From a virus (taxonomy: Duplodnaviria; Caudoviricetes), in IMG/VR virus record IMGVR_UViG_2531839010_000002, positions 9,765-73,764 of that record: a stretch of 64,000 nt of DNA, one strand, 5' to 3'. The number at the start of each line of letters is the position of its first letter. Position 1 is the stretch's first letter. Positions 9,031-19,407 of this stretch are shown in pieces. The notes below the pieces were generated by a model. That model was not told where the DNA came from and ran no database searches. It saw nothing but the letters and a program-made list of their open reading frames with translations. The position numbers and the translations under genes were made by a program.

Positions 9031-9075
9031 CGAGCCAGAGCCTGCTTTTGAATTAAAAGGCAGGTGATATGTATG
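9003..9075 (+). promoter_or_regulatory. Four (A)GAGCC repeats plus SD-sequestering hairpin before tape measure ATG
   Basis: Repeats at 9003, 9010, 9032, 9037; stem CCTGCTTTT/AAAAGGCAGG covers start of SD AGGTGA. Confidence 0.65.
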
Positions 9076-12000
9076 GCAGCTGACAGCGTAGGCCAGATTG
9101 GCCTTGACCTTGTGGTCAACCAGAATCAATTTAAACAGCAGATGGCCGGAATACAGGGACTGGCTAAAAAGGCGGGAGCTGCTCTGGCGGCGGCGTTTGC
9201 AGTAAAGAAAATCATAGATTTCGGCGCACAGTGTATTGAATTGGGTTCCGACCTGGCGGAAGTACAGAACGTGGTAGATGTCACATTCCCGCGGATGTCC
9301 AAACAGGTGGATGACTTTGCTAAGAACGCCATAACCTCCTTCGGCCTGTCCGAGACCATGGCTAAGAAATTCACGGGTACATTCGGTGCGATGGCCAAGG
9401 CATTCGGCTTTGGTGAGCAGCAGGCCTATGAGATGGCCACGGCTTTAACTGGACTGTCTGGTGATGTGGCATCATTCTATAACATCAGCCAAGATGAAGC
9501 CTATACAAAGCTGAAATCCGTGTTCACGGGTGAGACGGAGACCCTTAAGGACCTGGGCATCGTCATGACCCAGAGCGCCCTGGACAGTTATGCCCTGGCG
9601 AACGGCTATGGCAAGGTAACGGCTAAGATGTCTGAGGCTGAGAAGGTGGCCCTGCGGTATAAGTTCGTGCAGGACCAGCTGTCCCTGGCATCCGGTGACT
9701 TCATCCGGACGGCGGATGGCTGGGCAAACCAGGTACGCGTCCTGAAGCTGCAGTTTGACAGCCTCAAGGCCACAATCGGTCAGGGGCTCATCAATGTGCT
9801 GACCCCGGTCATCCAGGTAATCAACCGCATCATCAGTAAGCTGATGAGCCTGGCCAATGCCTTCAAGGCATTTACGGAGATGGTGACCGGGAAGAAGGGT
9901 GGAGGAGGCACATCCGCAGCCACGGCCGGTATGGATGCGATGGCCCAGTCTGCGGATAAGGCCGGGGCGGCCGCCGGAGGAGCCGGCGGGGCTGCTAAGA
10001 AGGCCGCTAAAGACATGAAAAGTGTCAGCACAGGCATTGATGAGCTTAATATCATTAATCCTGATACCGATTCCGGAGGCGGTGGTTCCGGAGGTGGAGC
10101 TGATGGAGGGTATTCTGCGGACGAGTTCGATATGGGTGAGCTTGATACATCGGCCGTGGATGAGATGGACAGCAAGTATGCAGGACTGATTGAAAAGGCC
10201 AGAGAGCTTGCGGGACTGTTCAGGGAAGGATTCTGGGATGGTTTTGGCGATACGTCCGTCTTTGATAGTATACAGTCATCCATAGACAGCATCAAAGGCA
10301 GCCTGAGGGATATATTCACATCGCCGGAGGTGTTGGCTTCGGCTAATTCATTTGCTGACCAGGTTGCCTATAGCCTGGGACAGGTTGCAGGCTCCATGGC
10401 GAGCATCGGGACATCCATAGCGGATAACCTGCTGGGTGGGATTAGCCTGTTCCTGCAGCAGAATAAGGACCGTGTCATTGAGTATATTGTGTCCATGTTT
10501 GATATTGGCTCACGCATCGCGGAGATAAGCGGGAATTTTTCCAAAGCACTTGCAACTGTATTTTCATCTCTACGGAGTAACAGCGCCAAGCAGATTACAG
10601 CAGATATTATTGGGATATTTTCCGAGGCCTTCATGGGTGCCACGGAATTGGCAGGGACATTTGCGGCAGATGTACTGGACACCATTACAGCTCCGTTCAT
10701 CGAAAATGCGGATTACATCAAGACAACCCTGGAGGATACATTCAGTGCTGTAGAACCTGTCTTTTCTACGGTTAAAGATTTGGTTACAGAAACTTTTGAA
10801 AAGATTGGTACAACATATGATGAGCATGTAGCCCCCATGCTGGCAACTTTCAAACAAGGGTTCACGGAAATCGGCACCCTGCTGCTTGATGTCTACAACA
10901 CATATTTCCTGCCGGTATTACAGAACCTGTCATCTCGATTCGTTGAATTTAAGGACCAGTACCTGAGCCCGCTGATTGATAAGTTCCTGGAGTTTGGTGG
11001 AAAAGTAGCTGATGCGGTCACCAAATTGTGGACCGGAGCTCTACAGCCATTCATTGAATGGTTTATGTCCAATGTGGCACCGGTCATAGCTTCATGCCTA
11101 CAAGCCGCCATTGATACATTCTTTGGTTTCTGGGAATCCGTTTCGGGTATCATAGAAGGATTGCTCACAGCACTTGGCGGTGTAATTGACTTCGTTGTTG
11201 GTGTGTTCACTGGTGACTGGAGTCTTGCGTGGGAAGGAATCAAGGAAATATTCACCGGTATTTGGGAGACATTGAAAGAGCTCGTTTCTGGTGCAGTAAC
11301 ATTCATTCAAAATGTTGTTAACCTGGCGTGGACTGCTATATCTGGAGCAACCAGTACCATCTGGAACGGAATCAAGACACTTTTGAATACTCTTTGGAAC
11401 TGGCTTAAGTCTCTGGCCAATACATTATTCAATGCTATCAAGACATCCATCAGCACGGCCTGGGAGAATGTCAAGAGTAAGACATCAGAAATATGGGAAT
11501 CCATTAAGGAATTCGTATCAAATCTGTGGGATACAATCAAGACAGCAGTGGATGAGAAGTTCACGGCCATGAAAGATGCTATTGCCGGGGTCTGGGATAC
11601 GGTGAGAACAAAGACAAAAGAAACCTGGGACGGTATCTGGGCAGATATAAAGGGTATCATTAACATGATTATCAATGGTGTAGAGAGCATGGCCAACAGG
11701 GTTATTGATGCGATTAATGCCATGATAGACGCCGTAAATGAGGTGGCGGATAAGGTACCAGGCATCGGCGCTGATTTTATCCCGAATATACCAAACATCC
11801 ATCTTCCGCGTCTGGCCCAAGGCGGTTTTGTCCGCGCCAACACCCCGCAGCTGGCCATGATAGGTGATAACCGACACTATGGTGAGATTGTGGCTCCTGA
11901 GGATAAGATGCAGGCCATGGTAGACCGGGCGGTAGCTTTAGCTTCCCAAACAAGCAGTAATGGCATGAGTGAGCAGTATCTGTCCATCATGGTAGACCTG

Positions 12001-12123
12001 CTACAGCGTATCATTGACCTGATAGAGCAGATGGACTTGACGGTCAATATCGACATCCGGGAGATAAAGAAGAAATTAGTGGAACTGGATAAGCGTAATG
12101 GATACACCATGCGGACTACATAA
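9073..12123 (+). CDS. Tape measure protein
   Basis: ~1016 aa, Ala/Gly-rich, periodic Trp repeats. Confidence 0.92.
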   Translation: MAADSVGQIGLDLVVNQNQFKQQMAGIQGLAKKAGAALAAAFAVKKIIDFGAQCIELGSDLAEVQNVVDVTFPRMSKQVDDFAKNAITSFGLSETMAKKFTGTFGAMAKAFGFGEQQAYEMATALTGLSGDVASFYNISQDEAYTKLKSVFTGETETLKDLGIVMTQSALDSYALANGYGKVTAKMSEAEKVALRYKFVQDQLSLASGDFIRTADGWANQVRVLKLQFDSLKATIGQGLINVLTPVIQVINRIISKLMSLANAFKAFTEMVTGKKGGGGTSAATAGMDAMAQSADKAGAAAGGAGGAAKKAAKDMKSVSTGIDELNIINPDTDSGGGGSGGGADGGYSADEFDMGELDTSAVDEMDSKYAGLIEKARELAGLFREGFWDGFGDTSVFDSIQSSIDSIKGSLRDIFTSPEVLASANSFADQVAYSLGQVAGSMASIGTSIADNLLGGISLFLQQNKDRVIEYIVSMFDIGSRIAEISGNFSKALATVFSSLRSNSAKQITADIIGIFSEAFMGATELAGTFAADVLDTITAPFIENADYIKTTLEDTFSAVEPVFSTVKDLVTETFEKIGTTYDEHVAPMLATFKQGFTEIGTLLLDVYNTYFLPVLQNLSSRFVEFKDQYLSPLIDKFLEFGGKVADAVTKLWTGALQPFIEWFMSNVAPVIASCLQAAIDTFFGFWESVSGIIEGLLTALGGVIDFVVGVFTGDWSLAWEGIKEIFTGIWETLKELVSGAVTFIQNVVNLAWTAISGATSTIWNGIKTLLNTLWNWLKSLANTLFNAIKTSISTAWENVKSKTSEIWESIKEFVSNLWDTIKTAVDEKFTAMKDAIAGVWDTVRTKTKETWDGIWADIKGIINMIINGVESMANRVIDAINAMIDAVNEVADKVPGIGADFIPNIPNIHLPRLAQGGFVRANTPQLAMIGDNRHYGEIVAPEDKMQAMVDRAVALASQTSSNGMSEQYLSIMVDLLQRIIDLIEQMDLTVNIDIREIKKKLVELDKRNGYTMRTT

Positions 12124-12137
12124 AGGAGGTGGACTAA

Positions 12138-12512
12138 GTGCCAATCTATATCAATGGACATGAATATCCAAACTATGATCGGGGTCCAGGCCTAACCATT
12201 GCTACGAACGTGAACCAGGGCAAGAATGCCCTGGGGGAATTCGTAGGGCAGCGCGTGGGCCGTGACCAGGATAAGATTGACGGCCTGCAGTGGTCCTATC
12301 TGGATGCGGCGACCTGGAGCAGCATCCTTAAAGAGTTTGAGGAGTTTGTGGTGACGGTCAAGTTTCCGGACATGAAAAACAACTGCTGGAAAACAGAGCG
12401 GATGTATCCGGGGAACCGGACGGCCAAGATAGACGAGATAGGTCCGGATGGGCTGCCCACCATGTATAAAGACTGTAAGGTGAACCTGATAGACTGCGGG
12501 GTGATGGAGTAG
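12138..12512 (+). CDS. Distal tail (Dit-like) protein
   Basis: Directly after tape measure gene. Confidence 0.55.
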   Translation: MPIYINGHEYPNYDRGPGLTIATNVNQGKNALGEFVGQRVGRDQDKIDGLQWSYLDAATWSSILKEFEEFVVTVKFPDMKNNCWKTERMYPGNRTAKIDEIGPDGLPTMYKDCKVNLIDCGVME

Positions 12513-15277
12513 TGCAGGCGGCAAGTAATGAATATAAGGACATGATGCGCAGGAAGTGGAGAAACCCACTGTCTTACCTGCGTGTCACCATCGGCCTGAT
12601 TAACCAGCAGGCCCAGGCATCCGCTTACATACCTGAGCGGGATGTGTATACCTATTATTCCGACCTAGTAAAGCCCATGGATAACTACAAGGTACAGGAG
12701 CTATATGCAACCTGTGACCAGGACTATACCACGGTGGATGGCAGCATGTATTTCCTTCCCAAGGATGCAGCAGACGTGGTGCTCAATCAGGGAATCGTGA
12801 CGGATGGTCTTCAGGGGGAAATTGAAATCCGGTTTCCCGTTCAATATGACATTAAGGGGCTGACCGTGGAATTTGGCAAGGCATATCCCGTAGATTTTAC
12901 CATCATTTCAGACAACCGGACCTTGAATGTAACGAATAATGCGGATGGCCATTATGTGACGGAGGAGATTTTTGAGGGAGCCACTTACCTGAGGTTTGTG
13001 CCTGCAGCCATGGTCAATGGACGGAGCCGGTTCCACATCAATCAGATTACCATGGGTATTGGCGTCTATTTTGACAGCAAAAAAATACTGTCCGCAACCA
13101 AAAAAGAACATATCAGTCCTATATCGGAGGAGTTGACAACCATAGATTTTTCCGTAACGGTGGATAATAAGGACCGGGCCTATGATGTGGAGAATGAAGA
13201 AAGTACAGTGAACTTCTTGGAAATTGGTCAGAGTATCGAGGCGCTTTACGGCCAGGCCATGGATGATGGAACGATTGAGTGGATACCGGGAACGTCACTT
13301 GCACTGAAATCATGGTCAGCTGATGATACGGAGATGGACTTCCAGGCATCAGACTGTTTTGAGGGGATGGACGGCACATATTACCGTGGCCGGTATCATC
13401 CGGACGGTATGAGCCTGTATGACATGGCTGTGGATGTCCTTGCGGATGCCCAGGTGGATTACCGGGACTACTGGATAGATCCATATCTTAAGGACGTTCT
13501 GGTGGTTAATCCGATGCCGGTGGTAGCGCATAAGGAAGCCCTGCAGCTGATTGCTAATGCCGGCAGATGTATCCTGTACCAGGACCGGACCGGCAGGATA
13601 ATCCTTAAGTCCAGTTTTGTACCGGATATGGAGGCGGCGTCTGATAACGAGACATACTTTTCCCATGCGTCAGCCATACTTGACCACGCGGAAAAGGAAG
13701 CGTATGCCCTGCCTGGTCAGGATTACACAGGCACATCCGGCGCACAGTATTTCCTTCCCAGGCAGACGACCAATGGAGCCACATATCTCAATACGGGCTA
13801 TGTGTCTGAGGCCGTCGCCGAGGAAGACGGGCTGTTTACGGACAATCCCACAGTGGAAATAACTACGGAGGCGGCATACAAGTGTTTTGGACTAACCCTG
13901 GAATTTGGTCGCAACTGGCCGGATACAGTTATCTTCCATGCCTACTACAATAACGCGGCTATGGAAGATTATACAGTCCCTGGATTGACACAGACTTACG
14001 TGGTCAGCCATGAGTTCCCAGAGTTTGACCGGTTGGTGCTGGAATTTTCCAAGGGATGTCCCAATAACCGTGTAGTGCTGGACAATATAATCTTCGGCGA
14101 CAGCACTGATTATGTCCTGGAATATGGTGTAGAGTTGACCAAGACCCCAAAGGGCACGCAACTGACCAAGGTTAGGGAACTGCAGGTCGTACGCACCATA
14201 TACAATCTCAGTACAGAGGATGCAAAGGAGCTGGCAAGGGAGACCATAAGTGTAACCGCTTTAGACAACCGATATACGTTTTATTTTTCTAATCCATCCT
14301 ATGATTTAAAGACATACGTCCCGGTTTATGTGGAGGCAACCAATATGGTTCAGAACGGGTCTTTTGATACCGGCGTGACCGGATGGATCAACGCACAGTA
14401 TGACGCAGCCAGAAAATGCACATACGTTGTCTCGGAAGATGGAAACGCAGTCCACATAGTACAAACTGTACAGATGATATCCGGACATAAATATTACTTG
14501 CGGGGGAATTTCATGCGGGAGGAATCGCCCGGTGAGTATTCGGGAAATGATGAATGCGATTTGGTCAGGGCGATTGCCAATAGAGAATCATTTAATATTA
14601 ATCTACGTCCAGAGACTATTGCGCCAGATGGAGTGTGGCATACCAAATCAGCCATTGACACGGTTGAGGCAACAGGAGAGTGGGACCTAAGGATTTATAC
14701 CTATGGAAACAAAAGGCTTTATATAGATTCAATTCTTTTGGTAGATTTGACAGCAGCTTGGGGAATCGGGAATGAACCGGATATAGAGTGGTGTGATAAG
14801 TTCATCGGCTATTTCACTGGTATTGCAAGTATCCCGAAATATGGGTGTGAGATTGTGGATAGTAGTGCCTATTACGCAACGGTGGAGCTTACAGGAATCA
14901 CAGGGCCGACAGAGGTGGTCGTTACAGGCAGGGAATATGTTACTACCCAGCCCAAGGTAAGCAGACAGCTAAATCCTACCGGCAGCCTGGAGGCGTGGAA
15001 TAATCCGCTTGTGTCCGACACGGTCCATGCCGCGAACCTGGCGGATTGGATTGGGGACTACATGAAATCAGACCGGGAATATGACCTGTCATACCGGGGA
15101 GAGCCACGGATTGATGCCAACGACATAGCATTCCTGGAAAATAAGTATGTGCCTGACCTACTGATACGGGTAACGGACCATACCCTGAAATTTAATGGTG
15201 GGCTTAGCGGTACCATCAAGGCAAGGAGGGACATGAGTTATGTGGCAACAGCCAAAAACAGACTGGCAGGCCAGTGA
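12512..15277 (+). CDS. Baseplate/tail-tip protein with internal repeat and inserted carbohydrate-binding-like module
   Basis: 921 aa; duplicated QDYT..YFLP and GLT(V/L)EFG segments; NMVQNGSFDTG..W module. Confidence 0.65.
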   Translation: MQAASNEYKDMMRRKWRNPLSYLRVTIGLINQQAQASAYIPERDVYTYYSDLVKPMDNYKVQELYATCDQDYTTVDGSMYFLPKDAADVVLNQGIVTDGLQGEIEIRFPVQYDIKGLTVEFGKAYPVDFTIISDNRTLNVTNNADGHYVTEEIFEGATYLRFVPAAMVNGRSRFHINQITMGIGVYFDSKKILSATKKEHISPISEELTTIDFSVTVDNKDRAYDVENEESTVNFLEIGQSIEALYGQAMDDGTIEWIPGTSLALKSWSADDTEMDFQASDCFEGMDGTYYRGRYHPDGMSLYDMAVDVLADAQVDYRDYWIDPYLKDVLVVNPMPVVAHKEALQLIANAGRCILYQDRTGRIILKSSFVPDMEAASDNETYFSHASAILDHAEKEAYALPGQDYTGTSGAQYFLPRQTTNGATYLNTGYVSEAVAEEDGLFTDNPTVEITTEAAYKCFGLTLEFGRNWPDTVIFHAYYNNAAMEDYTVPGLTQTYVVSHEFPEFDRLVLEFSKGCPNNRVVLDNIIFGDSTDYVLEYGVELTKTPKGTQLTKVRELQVVRTIYNLSTEDAKELARETISVTALDNRYTFYFSNPSYDLKTYVPVYVEATNMVQNGSFDTGVTGWINAQYDAARKCTYVVSEDGNAVHIVQTVQMISGHKYYLRGNFMREESPGEYSGNDECDLVRAIANRESFNINLRPETIAPDGVWHTKSAIDTVEATGEWDLRIYTYGNKRLYIDSILLVDLTAAWGIGNEPDIEWCDKFIGYFTGIASIPKYGCEIVDSSAYYATVELTGITGPTEVVVTGREYVTTQPKVSRQLNPTGSLEAWNNPLVSDTVHAANLADWIGDYMKSDREYDLSYRGEPRIDANDIAFLENKYVPDLLIRVTDHTLKFNGGLSGTIKARRDMSYVATAKNRLAGQ

Positions 15278-15641
15278 TTATTTTAATATCGGTGACTACA
15301 ACCGCATCAAGGGCAACATCAATGAGATACGGACCCAGGCGCTTACTCTGTGGCCGGACTTTAAGTTTGAGGAGATGGGAGAGGATAAGACCTATCAGGA
15401 TTATGGGTTTTATGCCGATGAAATTAACCGCTTTGAGGCCAATATAGACCACGTCTGCGTAGGGACATTCCCCTTCAATGTAGGAGAGAGGCAGTTTTAT
15501 CATGACAACGGCCCATTCATTGACTGGCAAGAGCTGAACCGTATTGAATCCGCCTGCCTGAAGATATACAGGAACATATTAGGAAGGGCCGAAGGAATCA
15601 GACGCCTGGCTTTCACACTTAATGGAGGTGCATTTGAGTGA
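15240..15641 (+). CDS. Phage tail hypothetical protein
   Basis: WQQPKTDW N-terminus common in tail proteins. Confidence 0.6.
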   Translation: MWQQPKTDWQASDYFNIGDYNRIKGNINEIRTQALTLWPDFKFEEMGEDKTYQDYGFYADEINRFEANIDHVCVGTFPFNVGERQFYHDNGPFIDWQELNRIESACLKIYRNILGRAEGIRRLAFTLNGGAFE

Positions 15642-16084
15642 TGAGTTTAAAAACAGATTATAGGGACGATATATATGAGGGTTCCAGACGATGGAGGTTG
15701 ACCCAGAACGAGGATGGCACCTATGGTATATCAGATGCCACTACCTATACACAAAAGGGCGACAGTTTTGGACAGAATGACATTAACGCTACGAATAAGG
15801 CAGTGAATGCCCTGAACCATGTTGTACCCGTCACACTTCAAGCATCCGGGTGGAGCACTGCGGCCCCATATATCCAGACTGTGCCGATAGAGGGGCTGAC
15901 AACGGAGGACAACCCCATACTGGTAAAGGTGATTGCAGACGGGGCGACGCCGGAACAGGTGAAAGCGTATAACAAGGCATTTGGGATGATTGACGATGGG
16001 GACACGGCAGATGGCCAGGCAACATTTAAATGTTACAATAAGAAACCCACGATTGACCTAACCGTGGGCTTGAAAGGAGTGTAA
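15638..16084 (+). CDS. Phage tail/baseplate-associated protein
   Basis: SGWSTAAPYIQTV motif; tail cluster. Confidence 0.55.
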   Translation: MMSLKTDYRDDIYEGSRRWRLTQNEDGTYGISDATTYTQKGDSFGQNDINATNKAVNALNHVVPVTLQASGWSTAAPYIQTVPIEGLTTEDNPILVKVIADGATPEQVKAYNKAFGMIDDGDTADGQATFKCYNKKPTIDLTVGLKGV

Positions 16085-16090
16085 AGACAA

Positions 16091-17278
16091 ATGGGTGAAA
16101 TATTGATGACAGGCGGGAGCGGAGGCATCACTTCAGATGATGTGACCGTGGTAAAGGCCCATATACTAAAGGGCGAGACTGCATTAACAGCGGACAGCAA
16201 TGATGAAGTCATAGAGGGTGAGATGGATGTACAGAGTATACTGTCTTTTAATGGTGCCGTGTACTCTTCCACGGCAATCATGTTTACATGGCAAAATCCA
16301 TTGAAGGGGCCGTTTTCAGGAGTAATCATCGTGGGAAAAACAGACGGTTATCCAGAAAACGTTGATGATGGAACAAGATATTATAAAGGTTATGGCAGTA
16401 ATGTCATGGCCTCTGGGATATCCAATGCAGTCGTAAATGGTTTCGTATCAAATAAGACCTATTATCTTAAGGCATTCAGTTATGTTTCAAAGAATAATAT
16501 CGAATGGATACATCCAGATGCATTTTCCTGTGTTGAGGTAATAGCGAAAGGAATAAAGACATTCACATCCTCGGGAGAGTTCACTGTTCCAGAAGGCGTT
16601 GGTGCTATTGATATATTTGGTGTTGGTGGAGGCGCGGGCGGAGGTTCTGGCGGAAATAGTCGGTACGGTAATGGTTCTGGTGGAGGCGGTGGATACACCG
16701 TCACTGTTAAAGATGTTAAAGTTACCCCAGGTCAGAAAATACCGGTGACCATTGGAAATGGAGGGGCAGCAGGTATATATAATGGGTCTGGAAATAACGG
16801 AGGAGCTGGGGGAAATACAGTTGTGGGAAATTATCTTACGGCAAAAGGGGGAGGGGCAGGACAGGGAAGAAATGGCGGTGGAAATGATGGTGGAAGTGGT
16901 GGTTCCGGTGGTGGTGGGGGGTCCTATTACGCACCGGGTGTAACACTTTGCGGCGGAGGAGATGGTGGGAGCAATGGCGGTGCAGGAGTTAACAGCCATG
17001 GTAATGTCGTTTATTTAGGTGGCAGTGGACAGGGAAGAACAACGCGCGCCTTCGGGGAATCTTCAGGAACCCTATATTCCGCAGGCGGTGGGGGTGCGGG
17101 AGCGGATTACAGTGGCCGTGGTGGAGCTGATGGCGGCGGAGCTGGTACCAATTGGAATGCTTCTGGTTCTGGAGGGAACGGAAATACTAACACGGGTTCT
17201 GGTGGAGGCGGAGGCTGCAGCTGGTATAACGGTGGCGCTGGTGGATCTGGCATAGCAATTATCCGATGGGGATATTAG
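16091..17278 (+). CDS. Tail fibre-like protein with FN3-like segment and glycine-rich C-terminal domain
   Basis: FTWQNP..YYLKAFSY then FTSSGEFTVP and GGGAGGG-rich region. Confidence 0.7.
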   Translation: MGEILMTGGSGGITSDDVTVVKAHILKGETALTADSNDEVIEGEMDVQSILSFNGAVYSSTAIMFTWQNPLKGPFSGVIIVGKTDGYPENVDDGTRYYKGYGSNVMASGISNAVVNGFVSNKTYYLKAFSYVSKNNIEWIHPDAFSCVEVIAKGIKTFTSSGEFTVPEGVGAIDIFGVGGGAGGGSGGNSRYGNGSGGGGGYTVTVKDVKVTPGQKIPVTIGNGGAAGIYNGSGNNGGAGGNTVVGNYLTAKGGGAGQGRNGGGNDGGSGGSGGGGGSYYAPGVTLCGGGDGGSNGGAGVNSHGNVVYLGGSGQGRTTRAFGESSGTLYSAGGGGAGADYSGRGGADGGGAGTNWNASGSGGNGNTNTGSGGGGGCSWYNGGAGGSGIAIIRWGY

Positions 17279-17297
17279 AGAGAGGAGGACAACTGGA

Positions 17298-17606
17298 ATG
17301 GTTGCACATACAATTTATGCAATAATATGGGAGGATACAATCAGGAATATAACCCCCTGTGATGATTATGAACTGGCAAATCGCCTGGCAAGAGCAAGCC
17401 ATGGGAACAATGCGTATGCAGTGGAATGCACACAGTATGCATGTAAAATAGGCGGGAGGTATGTTGGTGGTAAATTCTATGAGGAGGATGGCGTGACTCG
17501 TGTTAGATACATACCGACTATGGAACAGCAGCTGGCACAACTGCAAGCAGAAAATGCGGAACTGACCATTACTTTGGCAGATATGATAGGAGGCGTATCA
17601 ATATGA
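17298..17606 (+). CDS. Tail fibre-associated hypothetical protein
   Basis: SD GAGGAGG; coiled-coil C-terminus. Confidence 0.6.
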   Translation: MVAHTIYAIIWEDTIRNITPCDDYELANRLARASHGNNAYAVECTQYACKIGGRYVGGKFYEEDGVTRVRYIPTMEQQLAQLQAENAELTITLADMIGGVSI

Positions 17607-17773
17607 TAAGTAATATTCAAAGAAATATAATTATCCGGGCATTACGCATTCGGAAGGAGCAGGGGGAAAATCCAGAGGATATTTTGGACAAATATATGAA
17701 TCTTACGAGCACTGATAAAGCAGAGATTATGGAGAAACTGGTAATGACAGCGGATGAACCTATGAGTAGATAG
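17603..17773 (+). CDS. 56-aa phage protein (MISNIQRNIIIRAL...)
   Basis: ATGA overlap, SD AGGAGG, hand-translated open frame. Confidence 0.55.
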   Translation: MISNIQRNIIIRALRIRKEQGENPEDILDKYMNLTSTDKAEIMEKLVMTADEPMSR

Positions 17774-17786
17774 TGCCAAAAACCAT

Positions 17787-17810
17787 TTTCTATGTTATAC
17801 TTTAGAAAAC
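17787..17810 (+). promoter_or_regulatory. Extended -10 (TG-n-TATACT) inside TTTTCTA/TAGAAAA inverted repeat
   Basis: Seen upstream of acyltransferase SD. Confidence 0.45.
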
Positions 17811-17832
17811 TTATAGTAGGGGAAAGAAGATT

Positions 17833-18897
17833 ATGAAAGATAGCAGTGGAGACAAAAGAAAAATTTATTTGGATATTTTAAGGATAATAGCCATTTTTCT
17901 CGTCATTTTTAATCATACAGGCACACAAGGCTTTTTTTTGTTTTCGGTAACCCCGGTCACCGTGGAATATTGGGTCTACTTATCCATGTCTATATTTTGT
18001 AAAATAGCAGTGCCATTATTTTTTATGATATCAGGTGCACTACTTATTGGAAAAGATGACACATTTAGAATTTTGCGTTGGAGAATTTCACGTTTTATTT
18101 TAGTGATTTTAGGAGCCTCTTTCTTTTGGTATGTGATACTTGTTAGAAATCATATTGAGCCGTTTTCAATATATTCATTTTTTCGCAGGGTGTATTCAAA
18201 TGACGTGATTGTACCATATTGGTTCTTATACAGCTATTTATCTATATTATTGATGCTTCCACTAATAAGAAAAATGGCCCAAAACATGAAAGAAAAGGAT
18301 TATATGTATTTGATTACCATGTATATCATTTTTTCTATGTTAATACCAGTTTTCCAATACTTTGCATTTAATAATACGGTGAATATAAGTATTGAAATTC
18401 CGATTATTACTTATATGCCTATTTTTTACTTATGCATAGGATACTATCTGGACCATTATTTTGATGAAGCTCGGATAAAAAAGCATAGGGAAATACTGTG
18501 GATAGTAGGACTTTTAAGTATTGTAGTGGCATGTTTTATGGTGCACTATGATTGTATAAATACAGGTATATGCAATGAAAAAAGCTCTCAGATATTTCAT
18601 TCAACCTTTATCTTAATGCCTGCTATAGGAGTGTTTTGCGGGGTTAAGTATGCAGCTGGACAGACCAACTTTTCTATATGCCAAAGAAAGTGGATATTAT
18701 CTCTTAGTCAGTGTGTGTTTGGCATATTTGTGATGGAACAATACCTTAGGGATAAAATCTTCCCTATTGGTACGAAGATATTTTATTTTCTTCCTCCAAT
18801 TATAATATGCTGTGTGAATATAATGCTTGTAATAATAGTTGGTTTCATGTTAACAAGTATATTGAGGAAAATTCCTATTATACGAAAAGTCATTTGA
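17833..18897 (+). CDS. Membrane O-acyltransferase (acyltransferase 3 family), low-GC moron
   Basis: LDILRIIAIFLVIFNH and AVPLFFMISG motifs; about 10 TM segments; AT-rich. Confidence 0.88.
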   Translation: MKDSSGDKRKIYLDILRIIAIFLVIFNHTGTQGFFLFSVTPVTVEYWVYLSMSIFCKIAVPLFFMISGALLIGKDDTFRILRWRISRFILVILGASFFWYVILVRNHIEPFSIYSFFRRVYSNDVIVPYWFLYSYLSILLMLPLIRKMAQNMKEKDYMYLITMYIIFSMLIPVFQYFAFNNTVNISIEIPIITYMPIFYLCIGYYLDHYFDEARIKKHREILWIVGLLSIVVACFMVHYDCINTGICNEKSSQIFHSTFILMPAIGVFCGVKYAAGQTNFSICQRKWILSLSQCVFGIFVMEQYLRDKIFPIGTKIFYFLPPIIICCVNIMLVIIVGFMLTSILRKIPIIRKVI

Positions 18898-18915
18898 GAA
18901 TGGAGCGATAAGATA

Positions 18916-19407
18916 ATGAAAAGAGAATATGTGATTACAGTACAGGGGGCACTGGCAGCAGCTGGTGCCTTTTTGAGTGCGAAGTTGGGCTTCCTATATC
19001 CGGTTCTTTGCGTTCTGATGGGGACGATGGTGCTGGACTACATAACTGGGATGTTGGCCAGTAAAAATGAGGCCATAGACCATCCGGGCGATACCGGCTA
19101 TGGATGGAGCTCCAGAAAGGGGGCTAAAGGTATTATTAAGAAGGTAGGATACCTGTGCGTGATTGCTGCGGCAATGGTGGTTGATTATGTAATTGTATCC
19201 GTGTCGGTAGAGCTTGGGATGCAAATATCTGTCAAGGCATTCTTCGGGCTCTTGGTGGCGGTCTGGTACTTACTCAATGAGTTGTTGTCCATCATTGAGA
19301 ACGCAGGCCGTATGGGTGCCAATGTGCCGGAATGGCTACGCAAATATATTGCGGTATTGAAGGATAAGATTGACAATACAGATTATCAGGGAGGCAGCAG
19401 GACATAA
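18916..19407 (+). CDS. Phage holin (toxin secretion/phage lysis family)
   Basis: DYITG, SRKGAKGIIKK, NELLSIIENAGRMG..VP motifs. Confidence 0.88.
   Translation: MKREYVITVQGALAAAGAFLSAKLGFLYPVLCVLMGTMVLDYITGMLASKNEAIDHPGDTGYGWSSRKGAKGIIKKVGYLCVIAAAMVVDYVIVSVSVELGMQISVKAFFGLLVAVWYLLNELLSIIENAGRMGANVPEWLRKYIAVLKDKIDNTDYQGGSRT

Noticed and set aside
16091-17278. Diversity-generating retroelement target in the tail fibre
   Set aside because: No reverse transcriptase and no template/variable repeat pair seen in the window; the repeats are simple Gly codon runs.
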